Shown piece by piece: positions 51,345 to 63,464 of a DNA stretch of 64,000 nt. Source of the DNA: Mobula hypostoma (taxonomy: Eukaryota). The notes below the pieces were generated by a model that was not told the DNA's origin, ran no database searches, and worked only from the letters and a program-made list of their open reading frames with translations. The translations under genes and the position numbers were made by a program. The stretch covers positions 40,798,001-40,862,000 of the forward strand of contig NC_086097.1 of the NCBI RefSeq assembly GCF_963921235.1, in the 5' to 3' direction. Within the stretch, counting starts at the first letter, position 1; every line of letters begins with the position of its first letter.

Positions 51345-52672
51345 ATTCTCTTGGGGGAAAAATCAGTAAATACTGGAAACATTCAGCAGATATGGATAGC
51401 ATCTGTGGAGAGAGAAATATGGCCCATCCCCAAAACTGGTCAATATGGACATCAATATGCTCTCGATCTCTCTGTCTTCCGCCTACCGACATCTTTTATA
51501 AACCTACCAATTCTCAAGGCTATCTTGACTATATCTCTTCCCATCCGGTCTCCTGTAAAAATGCTATTTCCTTTTATCAGTTCCTTTATGCTCTCCACAT
51601 CAGAGATATCCTCCTCCTTTAAAGAACGAGATTTTCCTTCCTCCACCCTTAATGCTGCCCTCATCTGCATCATATCCATTTCCTGGACATCTGTACTCAC
51701 CCCATCTTCCTGCTGCCTTAACAGGCATAGAGCTCTTCTTCTCCTTATGTACTACTCCATCAGCTTCTGCATCCAACACATCACTCCTCACAACTTCTGC
51801 CATCTCCAAGGTGATCCATCAAAGACATCAGTACCTAACACCCCCGATTCTCCACTTTTCGCAGGGATTGCTCCCTCCATGTTTCCCTTGTCCATTCATC
51901 CCTCCTCACTAATCTTCTTCCTGGAACTTATCCCTGCAAGCGACCAAAGTACTGCACCTGCCTATTCACCTCCTCCCTCACCTCCATTCGGGGCACCAAG
52001 CAGTCCTTCTAGGTGAAGCAATACTTCACCTGTGAATTTGTCTATTGTATCTGGTACACCTGATATGGCCTCCCCTACACTGGTGAGACCCATTGTAAAT
52101 TGAAAGAACCATTTTATCAAGCTCCTCCGCTCCATCTGCCAATAGTGGAATTTCCTGGTGGCCAATCATTTTAATTCCTGCTCCCATTACCGTTCTGACT
52201 TGTTGGTCCGTGGCCTCCTCTTGTACCATGATGAGGCCGCTCTCAGGGTGGAGGAGCAACACCTCATATTCAGTCTGGATAGCCTCCAACCCGATAGCAT
52301 GAACATCAATTGCTCCTTCTAGTACTTCTTCCCTCATCCTTCCCTCTTCTTCTTTTCCCACTCTGGCCGCTTACCTCTTCTCAACTGCCTATCACCTCCC
52401 CCGGTGCTCCTCCGTCCCATTCTGCCATGCTTGATTCTCCTTACCTGTCAAATTCCTTCCTCTCTAGCGCTTTAACCTTTCCTATCCACCTAGCATCACC
52501 TATCACCTTCTAGATATCCTCCTTCCCCTCACCCCACCTTTTTATTCTGGCATCTTCCCCTTCCTTTCCAGTCCTGAGGAGGTGGTCTCGGCCCGAAACG
52601 TCAACTGTTTATTCATTTCCGTAGATGTTTCCTGGCCTGTTGAGTTCCTCCAGCATTTTGTGTGTGCTGCTT
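51345..52672 (+). mobile_element. PLE: RT thumb, GIY-YIG endonuclease and terminal repeat, preceded by an inverted terminal-repeat fragment
   Basis: TDIFYKPTNSQGYLDYISSHPVSCKNAISFYQFL; GTYPCKRPKYC; CIW..GLPYTGET; VEEQHLIFSLDSLQPDSMNI. Inverted arm at 51345-51420. Confidence 0.9.
52569..52607 (+). ncRNA. Minimal type I hammerhead ribozyme motif, core intact
   Basis: CAGTC-CTGAGGA-GGTGGTCTCGGCCC-GAAAC-GTC-AACTG. Confidence 0.7.
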
Positions 52673-53151
52673 TAAAAGGTTAACTGTGTCTTTCTCCATG
52701 GAGGATGAAAACATCTGATGGAGGAACTTAGCAGGTTGAGCATTATGAACTTTGAGATACTCCCACGGAGTTCAAAGTTTAGAAGTTTAAAGTTCAAGAT
52801 AAATTTATTATCTAAGTACGTATACTACAGTATATATCCATATACTACCTTAAGATTAATTTTCTTGCAGTCATCTAAAAGAAAAAAACAAATGCAATAG
52901 AATTTTATGAAAAGCTATACATAAACAAAGACTGACAAACAGCCAACATGCAGAAGACAACAAACTGTCCAAATAAAACAATACTGAGAACATGAGTTGT
53001 AAATAGTCCTTGCAAGTAAATCTGTGGGTTATAGAATCAGTTCAGAGTAGAGGTGAGTGAAGTTATCCACCCAGTTCTGGAACCAATGATTGTAGGGTAA
53101 TAACTGTTCCTCAACCTAGAGGTGGGGGACTTTAAGCTTCTGTACCTCCTG

Positions 53152-53423
53152 ACACGGCTGGTGGCGTAGTGGCATCTGCATTGGACTTCGGAACAAAATT
53201 TCCCAGGTTCAAATCCAGCCAGCCGGCTCCCCTGCATGCTTTCCATCCGTGCTGGGTTACGAGCTGGTGATCTCTTTGGAAACTCACCCAGCAGAAGGCA
53301 ATGCCAAACCACTGCTGTAACTTGCCTCGCACGCAATTCTCCACTACGTCAGAGGGGCGTGGAGGGAAATCATCCGCTAACTGGAGAAACTCCGGATGTG
53401 ACGTACCTCCCTACCTACCTACT
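53152..53423 (+). mobile_element. tRNA-derived SINE with RTE-like tail and (TACC)n end, nested in a Rex-type 3' end (host ~52770-53460, - strand)
   Basis: A-box TGGCGTAGTGG, B-box GGTTCAAATCC, tail GAAGGCAATGCCAAACCACT. TSD TACCTCCTG at 53143-53151 and 53424-53432. Confidence 0.85.
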
Positions 53424-53524
53424 TACCTCCTGCCCAACCACAGCAGCAAGAAGAGGTTCCCCAGCCGATTGTTGTTCCAGATTCTATTATCTACAGTCTC
53501 TTGTGCCTCTCTTTCTCCATTGAT

Positions 53525-54352
53525 TTAAGATGGCGCTGGTGAAACACAGCAGCGACTTGCTGGCAGCAAACAAAACTACTAGCTACTTTATTAACCACAC
53601 TTTTACTGGTAAGTGATCACTGCAATCAATAGTCTTTAACGTCCCTTTCTGAGCTGAGCTTTTAAACTGCCAGTACAATCTGGTCTTTTTGTAGTGGGAA
53701 CTAAAGTCTTGAAGGGCCTGGGAACGAGAGAGGGGAATAAGCCAATGTATAGTCATTGTTGGAGCGGACTTGGAACCTATTTGAAGTGGCAGAACTGATG
53801 CGACTTGAGCTCAGGCAAGACAGTATTAATGTGGCAGGGCCTAAGTGTGGAACAAGCCAATGTTTGACTGATTTGAGCGGTGGGCCGGATTCGAATGGTC
53901 AGGTCTGGGCCGAATTGAAGCAGCAGGTCCTAGGCCTGACAGTGTATCGAAGTGGCAAGGATTGGGAACGAGTGTGAGGAACGATCTGCTGCTTGATCAA
54001 TTTAAGTTTTGGGCCAGATTGAAATGGTCTGGGTGCCAGGGCTCTAAGAGAGGGATGGTCCAGTGTTCATCTTGCTGCCCGTGAGGTTTACTCATTCTGT
54101 ACTGAAATGAGGCTGTGGCTGGCTTTGTGACTGTGAACTGAATTTTGTGAACTTCAGTTCTGATTGTTAGTTGCTCTCTTTCATTGTTGGCACAATTTGT
54201 TTTTATTCTGCACATTGGTACTTGACAATCTTCTATTATAATGGATTCCATGGGGTTTTTTTTTGCGGCTGCCTGTAAGGAGATAAATCTGAAGGTTGTA
54301 TACAGTATACATACTTTGTTAATAAGTATATTATTAACCCTGAACTTTGAAT
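53525..54352 (+). mobile_element. Probable non-autonomous LINE derivative
   Basis: Starts AAGATGGCG. The 3' part GGCTGCCTGT..AAGGTTGTATA..TGAACTTTGA matches 27110-27192. Confidence 0.5.
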
Positions 54353-55139
54353 TTCACATTGATAATCTCCAGCATTTTATTTTCTCATTTTCAATTCACA
54401 TCTTCAGCAGGCTGAGGTTTTTGATGAGGCTCCTATGACTTGTACTCAGAAAGAGCCCATCCTGTGGCCAATTAATGGCCAGTTGCTGTTGTTCTGATGA
54501 GTTTACCCAAGCAACAACCGAATGGTGCCGGAAGCTCAGAGGTGAATAATTAACTGGAATCAACCACTGCATCGTTGCAGTGAAAAGAGATGAACAGTTT
54601 TAAATCGAGGAAGGTGGTAATAAATAGTAGGTGGATCTGTTATGGATTGCCTCAGGAAACAGTCAGCTGTCAAGACGAGTGGCATGACCTCCTCATATGA
54701 AATGGCATTTTAAGCGCAGTGGACAAATGCTCCTTCAGATCACATTGCGACTCTCTGCCTGGTCTAGAAGGAAGTATATGGCCACAGTCTCTTAATTCAT
54801 CAGTCACACTACCATGGTGGCCTGATGACCTTTCCGGATACCATTACAGCCTGTAGCTCCTTGGATTGTCCTTGCAACCCTTAGATGATGGAAAGACATT
54901 AGCCACTTTCTAGTCTTTGGAAACTTCACCAGTGGCTAATGATGAAGTAAATATATCTGCAAGGACCAAGGCAATTTCTTCTCTAACCTCCAACGAAGTC
55001 TAAAGATGCACTTTGACAGGCCCTGGCTATTTGTGCACTTTAATGTGCACATGTTATCCACTTCAATGTAAGACTGCATATATGTCCTCTATACGTGATT
55101 GCTTTCCAAAGTATCTCTCCTTGTTTCTCTTGTTCTTGA

Positions 55140-55735
55140 GCACAAAAGGTGGAATTTCCTGGCGTTTACACATTTCAATTCAACTTTGCATTGCTATTCC
55201 AGCACGTCAGTCTATGGCCTTCTCTACTGCCATGATGAGACCACTCTCAGGTTGAAGGAGTAACATTCATTTTATGTCTGGGTCACCTCCAGACTAATGG
55301 CATGAACATCAATTTATTTAACTACCAGTAATTTCCCAGCCTTTTTCCATTCATCATTCTGGCTCCACTCATCCCTTCTCTTCTTCTCACCTGCCTTTCC
55401 TCCTTCCCACCTGCCTTTCCTCCTTCTCGTCCCCATGGTCCAGTGTCTTACCCTATCAGTTTCCTTATTCTTCAGGTTTTTTTTAACCTTTACCACCCAT
55501 TACTTCCCAGCTTCTCACTTCATTTCCCCCCTGCCCCCACCCCATCTACAGTTCATTCACCTGGTTTCAAGGATAACCTGCCAGCTCCATCACCCTCCTC
55601 CTTATTCTGGCTTCTTTCCTCTTCCTTTCCAGTCCTGATGAAGGATCTTGGCCCTAAAAGTTGATGGTTTGTTCCCCAACATAGATGTTGCTTGACCCTG
55701 CTGATTTGCTTCAGCATTTTGTATGTGTTGGTCCT
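55140..55735 (+). mobile_element. Degenerate PLE 3' fragment
   Basis: CATGATGAGACCACTCTCAGGTTG..GGCATGAACATCAAT. CAGTCCTGATGAAGGATCTTGGCCC with the GAAA motif lost. Confidence 0.78.
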
Positions 55736-58696
55736 TCTCTGGTTCAAGTGCAACTCCTCGCTCTTGTATAGGATGCTTCTACCTCGGAGGTGATCCCAGT
55801 GGCATAAGAACCTGAATCCCTATCCACTGTGCCAGCTTCTCAGCCATAAACTCATCTGGCCAATCCTTACACTTCTGGCCTTGTCTGCACATGGCACTAG
55901 GAGGAATCCAAGATTGCTCCTTTCGAAGTCCAGTTTCTTCACTTCATATCGAACCTTTTACATATTCTGTAGGACCTCATCCCTTGTTCCACCTATATTG
56001 TTTGTACCAACATGTATATTGACCTCTGGTTTTCACTGTTCCCTTCAAGAATGTTCTGACTTTGGTTTATCAACCTTCCCAGCCCCATAACATAGACTAG
56101 AATTCATACATTTAGCATTTTAAAAAAATCATTTTCCAATATTCTTTCACTTGTGCTGAAAGGATAGCGAGATCACTGTCTCATAGTGGAGCAAATGTGA
56201 AGATTCAAGCTGATTCGTTTTACACAGATCTAATTTCTCTTGCCAGTGAAACAGCATGATGAGGTCATGGCTGCTTTGCACTAGTGTACTCTTGGTACAG
56301 TAACAACGTCTCAATGAACTCTTACAGCACACACATTTCAGAATAAGCAGAATGATTCATATTGCAGCAACGTAGTATGATGCAGACGGAGGCTATTGAT
56401 TGAGCTTATTGATTGAATTACATGGCACATAAAAATGGCCCAGTAAGTCAATGCTAACCATGAAGGGCTATCTTTTATCAGCACTTGGTTCATTGGGTCA
56501 CTTGAAGAGTAACTCAAAAGTCTTATTTCTTGGCTCTTTCCCCCATATCCCTGCATTTCTTTTCCCTAGGTATGTGTTCAATTGTTATTTGACAGCTGCT
56601 TAGAAAACACCATTACTTTCCATATCCTAACCACGTCACCTTAGTCATTGAGTTCATCTTGTCAGCTGGCGTTGTGTTCACTTGTCTACGTTTGCTACCT
56701 GTGCGAACTCTGCCCGCATTATTTGAAAATTCAGCCATTAGAAACAGTTTTCTCACCTTATCCGAATCCCTGACAATTTTAAACACTTCTACCAAGCCTA
56801 CTCTTAGCTGTCCTTTTTCTCAGGAAAACCAATTCCAGCTCCTCAAGGCTACTTAAATAACTGTACTGTTTCCTCAGTAAATCTCATCTTTATAATTTCA
56901 AAAGCCTTGTGTGTTTCCCCAGATGCACTGCCTGAAATTGGCTGTGAAATTCTGCCTATGACTGAGCTTGTGGATTTAGGGTCATTTCCTAGCTTTTCTG
57001 TGAGGTTGAAATTGACTTTTTTTTTTACTTTTGTAGACAAGTTATATCAATTGACTTGATGTATTGTGAAAAATGATTGATGTACTTAGAAAAATGTGAC
57101 ACAGAATACTTTTTTGGATTCTGTGCAGCATTATAGGAGGCTTTGGAGAGGGTGCAGAGGAGGTTCACGAGGCTGTTGCCTGGATTGAAGAGGTTGCCTA
57201 GAGCTCACCCTCAAATATATGCACCCACAAACATCACTGATACACACTGCTTGATGACAAAAGCAGGATGACCTTTGTTTTAGAGTGGATCTACAGGGTA
57301 ATTGGGAGACTGTTCAAATTAACGTGCCTTTGGTTTGTACGTCATTTAATGGGAGAAGTGAAATTGAAATCCTCCTAGTAAGCTTGTACATGACACCAAG
57401 TTACAGATTGCAAATTTAACCAAAAAGATATGTGAAGAATAGCACTGTTAGATCTAGTGCACAGATCATCCACCAAAATGGCTGCTTGAGGTTCCAACTG
57501 AGACCACTTACAGTAGCTGCATTGATGTCATTGAACTGATCACCAGAAGGCTTGTCAATGCTTAAGTAACTCTTCCTCTGGCATCTGCTACAAGGGAGAA
57601 AAGGTTTCCTTGGAAGTGAGGGGTGTTGACACTTTAGTCTATCCAGACACCCCCACCATTAGTGGCCTTTACCCATTGCAATCAAGTCTCTGGACCAGAG
57701 TCTTGCATGTCGGTAACAAAGATTCAATGTATGCAACCCTGAGATTTGTCTTCCCACAGACAGCCACAAAACAAAGAAACAAGCACATGTTTGTTTTAGG
57801 AAAAAAAATCTCTCTTCAGTTAAATGTGTGGTATATGGTCATGATGTCATTAGCTGCATGACAGATACCAGGGAAATACCAGCTGTGCTCTGTGGAATTA
57901 TCTTGGCAAATTTCTCTAGAAACAGCAATATAGATGATTGGGAGTAGGCCATTTGCCTCTTTGATCCTGTTCTGCTGTTTAACACATGATTGATCACCTA
58001 TCTTATTATCATATTAAAACACTCTCCCTATACCCTTTGTTGCCTCTTAGGCCTAGATATGTATATACTGTAAATTTATTCAGTGAGCTGGGCTCTACAG
58101 CTTTCTGAGGTAGCCAATTCCACATATTCAGCATCCTCCGAAAGAAGCCACTTCTCCACATTTTAGTCCTTAAATCTCACGCCCTGTGACCTGAGACTGT
58201 GATCCTTTGTCAGATGGAATGTCTTCCATACATCCAGTCCGACTAGCCTTCAGAAAGTTTGAACTGGATCCTATCTAATTCCTCCAAGTTGATGTGAACA
58301 TAAACCTAATGTTAAAGAGACTTTTAATTGCTGCTCATCCAGCCTCACCAACCAAAGAAACAGCCTGGGATCGTTAATAGGACCTCACATATGGAAAACC
58401 ATGTTTCCACTGGGTGCACGGAAACAACTTGGCATAAATAAGTTAAATTTTAAGGCAAGTGTGTTTTATAATGTGATACTTGTAATACAGAATATCCTCT
58501 AATTTACCATGAACAATCAATAGGAGATATGTAAATTTTGGTTATTTTAATTATTAATCATATTTGTTGAAGTCTGCTTGTATTCTTGTGGACAAGGATG
58601 GCTGCAGGGCATTTTGCATATCTCTATGTGGTGTGCAGAATACTTCTAAAATATGATCTCAAGTATTTGCCATTGAGAGAAAGAAAAACCAGTGCT

Positions 58697-58880
58697 GGCC
58701 CCCTCCCCCTCCAACTTTCAAATCCCTTACTCACTCTTCCTTCAGTTAGTCCTGACGAAGGGTCTTGGCTGAAACGTCGACTGCACCTCTTCCTACAGAT
58801 GCTGCCTGGCCTGCTCCGTTCACCAGCAACTTTGATGTGTGTTGCTTGAATTTCCAGCATCTGCAGAATTCCTGTTGTTG
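58697..58880 (+). mobile_element. Solo PLE terminal repeat
   Basis: Closely matches 38445-38625. Confidence 0.85.
58747..58783 (+). ncRNA. Minimal type I hammerhead ribozyme motif, core and stem I intact
   Basis: TAGTC-CTGACGA-AGGGTCTTGGCT-GAAAC-GTC-GACTG. Predicted cleavage after C58778. Confidence 0.75.
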
Positions 58881-59554
58881 CTGGCTGTTTGCTGCCTTCA
58901 GCTGGTTCTTGTGTTCTGCAGATGCCAAACGACAGGTGAATAAAGCTGGTGGATTCAACCCTGACCTCCAGTTGTTTGATATTCTCTCTGTGACTGTACT
59001 TCTCCAGGTGTTCGTATATTCTCGTTGCTCACACAGATTTATGGTTTGGTAGGTTTATTGACCATTGTACATTGGTCTTAGAATGATAACGTCTTCGAGA
59101 TTGTACAGGGTTGGATAATTGGAAGCACAAACTCAATGGACTATCCTTATGGTCTTCTAGGTTTTTGCCTCTCCTCTTTCATGAAGATAAATTTGTTCCA
59201 AAGATTTGTAATTGGGTCAGGGCAGGGAGGGAGCTGGGAGGCAATGCAAGGTTTTCAATTTGTGGGTGAAACATGCCTCTTTTGACTTTGCTGTTGTTTG
59301 TTGCCAGAATTCACAGGGTCATCTAAATCAATAAACATTGTGTGTTTAAACCTTATGATTTCTTTATTTGTTCAGGACGAGTGCTTTAGTATTGTTTCAT
59401 ACCTGGTGAAAGATTATCTGCTGCCTGACGCCCTTCCAATATAGGGTGGGAACCTGCAGTCATAATCTACCTTGCTAAAGCAGCCAGCATAATCAAAGAT
59501 CCACTCACCCCAGACATTCTCTCTCCCCTCCCCTCCCACTGTGCAGAAGATATA

Positions 59555-59850
59555 GGGCACCATAGTACTGTAGCAGTTGGCATGAGACTATTACAACTTG
59601 GGGCATCGGGATTCAGAGTTCAATCCAGTGTCCTCCGGAAGAAAGTTTGTACATTCTTCATGTGAGCGTGGTGGTCCTCCAAGTGCACTGGTTTCCTTCT
59701 ACAGTCCAAAGATATACTGGTTAGTAGGTTAATTGATCATTGTAAATTGTCCGATGATGAGGGCCAGAGTTAAATAGGTGTTCAGTGTGGCTCATTGGGC
59801 CAGAAGGGACTGTTCTGCACTGTATATCTAAATAAATAAATAAAATAAAA
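59555..59850 (+). mobile_element. V-SINE nested in a Rex-type 3' end (host ~59470-60135)
   Basis: GAGTTCAATCC B-box, GGTTTCCTTCTACAGTCCAAAGA, (AAAT)n tail. Confidence 0.7.
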
Positions 59851-60139
59851 TATAAAAGTCTAAACGAACATACTACCAGGCTCAAGGACAGCTTTTCTCC
59901 CACTCTTAGAGGACTTTTTAATACTTCTTTAATAGGATGAGATGGACTTTTGAAATTCACTTCATTATGACCTTGTACCTCTTTGTCTACTTGCACTATA
60001 TTTTCTCTGCAACTGGAACATTTCATTCTGCTTATCACTTCAACACTGTTATTTTACCTTACACTAACTCCATGCATTGTAGTAATGCATTGATCTGTGT
60101 GAACAGTATGCCAGTCAAGTTTTTCAATGTACTTTGGTA

Positions 60140-60313
60140 AAGAATAGCATCAGATCAGTAGAAAGATGTGACACAGGGTCGGAAGATGTTGAATACTTGT
60201 GCATTGGGTAAAGAAACTACAAGTAAAAGGACCCAGATGACAGTTATATACAGTCCTCCCAACAGTAGCTGGGATGTGGACTACAGATTGCAACATGAAA
60301 TAGGAAAGACATG
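60140..60313 (+). mobile_element. CR1 endonuclease fragment, left part
   Basis: VIYSPPNSSWDVDYRLQHEIGKTC; continues at 63465. Confidence 0.75.
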
Positions 60314-63300
60314 TTGGGCCGGCTGGTGGTGCAACGACATCGGTGCCAGACCCGGGAGCGGAGGTTCCGGATTCAAAACTAATTGGGTCCGCCCCCAGGT
60401 ACGCTTTCCATCCGTGCCGGGTTGAGTGTCAAGATCGCAACTCGACCTCGTAAGATAAAGGGAAAATACTGCGAAATTTCTGTGTGAGGAGTGGTGCACC
60501 ACACAGTCTCTCTCTCTCTTTCTCTTTCTCTCGCTCCGTGCCTTGTAAAAAAAACCATGAAAAAGACACCATCACGGACGCACGCACGGACACGCAGATG
60601 CACACACGCAGACGCACACTCACAGACGCACACGCACAGACTCGCACTCACACGCAGACTCGCACACACACAGACACACACACACAGACTCGCGCACACA
60701 CACAGACTCGCACTCACACACAGACTCGCACTCACACGCAGACGCGCACGCACAGACTCGCACTCACACACAGACTCGCACACACACAGACGCACACACA
60801 CAGACTCGCACTTACGCAAACGCGCACGCACAGACGCACACGCACAGACGGGCACACACGCAGATGCACACACACGCAGACGCACACACACGCAGACTCG
60901 CACACGCACAGACGCGCACACGCACAGACGCGCACACACACAGACACACACAGACGCGCACACACACAGACACACACAGACTCGCGCACACGCACAGACT
61001 CGCACACGCACAGACGGGCACACACGCAGACACGCACACACACAGACTCGCACACACAGACGCACACACACAGACGGGCACACACGCAGACGCACACACA
61101 CAGACGCACACGCAGACGGGCACACACGCAGACGCACACACGCAGACGCACACACGCAGACTCGCACACACAGACTCACACAGACGCACAGACACAGACG
61201 GGCACACACACAGACGCACTCACACAGACGCACACACACAGACGGGCACACACGCAGACGCACACACACAGACGCACACGCAGACGGGCACACACGCAGA
61301 CGCACACACGCAGACACACACACGCAGACTCGCACACACAGACTCACACAGACGCACAGACACAGACGGGCACACACACAGATGCACACACACAGAGACT
61401 CGCACACATACAGACGCACACACACAGACGCACACACACAGACGCACACACGCAGACGCACACACGCAGACTCGCACACACAGACTCACACAGACACACA
61501 GACGGGCACACACACAGATGCACACACACAGAGACTCGCACACATACAGACGCACACACACAGACGCACACACGCAGACGCACACACGCAGACTCGCACA
61601 CACAGACTCACACAGACGCACAGACACAGACGGGCACACACACAGATGCACACACACAGAGACTCGCACACATACAGACGCACACATACAGACGCACACA
61701 CACAGACGCACACACGCAGATGCACACGCACACACAGATGCACACACACACAGACGAGCACACGCACAGACACGCACACACACAGACGCGCACACACAGA
61801 CGCACACACACAGACGGGCACACACGCAGACACACACACACAGATGGGCACACACACACAGATGCACACACACACAGACGTACACGCACAGACGAGCACA
61901 TGCACAGACACGCACACACACAGACTCGCACACACACAGACACGCACACAGACGAGCACATGCACAGACACGCACACACACAGACTCGCACACACACAGA
62001 CGCACACACATAGACGGGCACACACGCAGACGGGCACACACACAGACGCACACACACAGATGGGCACACACACAGACGCACACACACAGACGCACACACA
62101 CAGACGGGCACACACGCAGACGGGCACACACGCAGACGGGCACACACAGACGCACACACACAGACGGGCACACACAGACTCGCACACACACAGACGTACA
62201 CGCACAGACGAGCACATGCACAGACACGCACACACACAGACTCGCACACACACAGACACACACACAGACGCACACACATAGACGGGCACACACGCAGACA
62301 CACACACACAGATGGGCACACACACAGATGTACACGCACAGACGAGCACATGCACAGACACGCACACACACAGACTCGCACACACAGACGCGCACACACA
62401 GACGGGCACACACGCAGACGCACACACACAGACGCACACGCAGACGGGCACACACGCAGACGCACACACGCAGACGCACACACGCAGACTCGCACACACA
62501 GACTCACACAGACGCACAGACACAGACGGGCACACACACAGAGACTCGCACACACAGAGACTCGCACACATACAGACGCACACACACAGACGCACACACG
62601 CAGATGCACACGCACACACAGATGCACACACACACAGACGAGCACACGCACAGACACAGACGCGCACACACAGACGCACACACACAGATGGGCACACACA
62701 CACAGATGCACACACACACAGACGTACACGCACAGACTCGCACATGCACAGACACGCACACACACAGACTCGCACACACACAGACTCGCACACACACAGA
62801 CACGCACACAGACGAGCACATGCACAGACACGCACACACACAGACTCGCACACACACAGACACGCACACAGACGCACACACATAGACGGGCACACACGCA
62901 GACACACACGCAGATGGGCACACACACAGACGCACACACACAGATGGGCACACACACAGACGCACACACACAGACGCACACACACAGACGCACACACACA
63001 GACGGGCACACACGCAGACGGGCACACACGCAGACGGGCACACACAGACGCACACACACAGACGGGCACACACAGACTCGCACACACACAGACGTACACG
63101 CACAGACGAGCACATGCACAGACACGCACACACACAGACTCGCACACACACAGACACGCACACAGACGCACACACATAGACGGGCACACACGCAGACACA
63201 CACACACAGATGGGCACACACACAGATGCACACACACACAGATGTACACGCACAGACGAGCACATGCACAGACACGCACACACACAGACTCGCACACACA

Positions 63301-63464
63301 CAGACACGCACACAGACGCACACACATAGACGGGCACACACGCAGACACACACGCAGACGGGCACACACACAGACGCACACACACAGATGGGCACACACA
63401 CAGACGCACACACACAGACGCACACACACAGACGGGCACACACGCAAACGCATGCCAACAAAAA
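60314..63464 (+). mobile_element. tRNA-derived SINE carrying an internal satellite expansion
   Basis: Head and core are homologous to the SINE at 2408. A-tail at 63460-63465. Degenerate 12-bp TSD at 60302-60313 and 63465-63476. Confidence 0.75.
60575..63450. repeat. ~2.9-kb complex (CA)-rich micro/minisatellite
   Basis: Units of (CA)n followed by GACG, GACGGG, GACTCG, GATG or GACGAG, with recurring higher-order blocks. Confidence 0.97.

Noticed and set aside
59008..59450. Two acceptor-like sites (TTCTCCAG at ~59008 and TTGTTCAG at ~59375)
   Set aside because: The donors are weak or there are in-frame stops, and no protein similarity is recognisable.
60575..63450. Possible CRISPR-like array
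   Set aside because: There are no unique spacers or constant repeat, and the context is eukaryotic.
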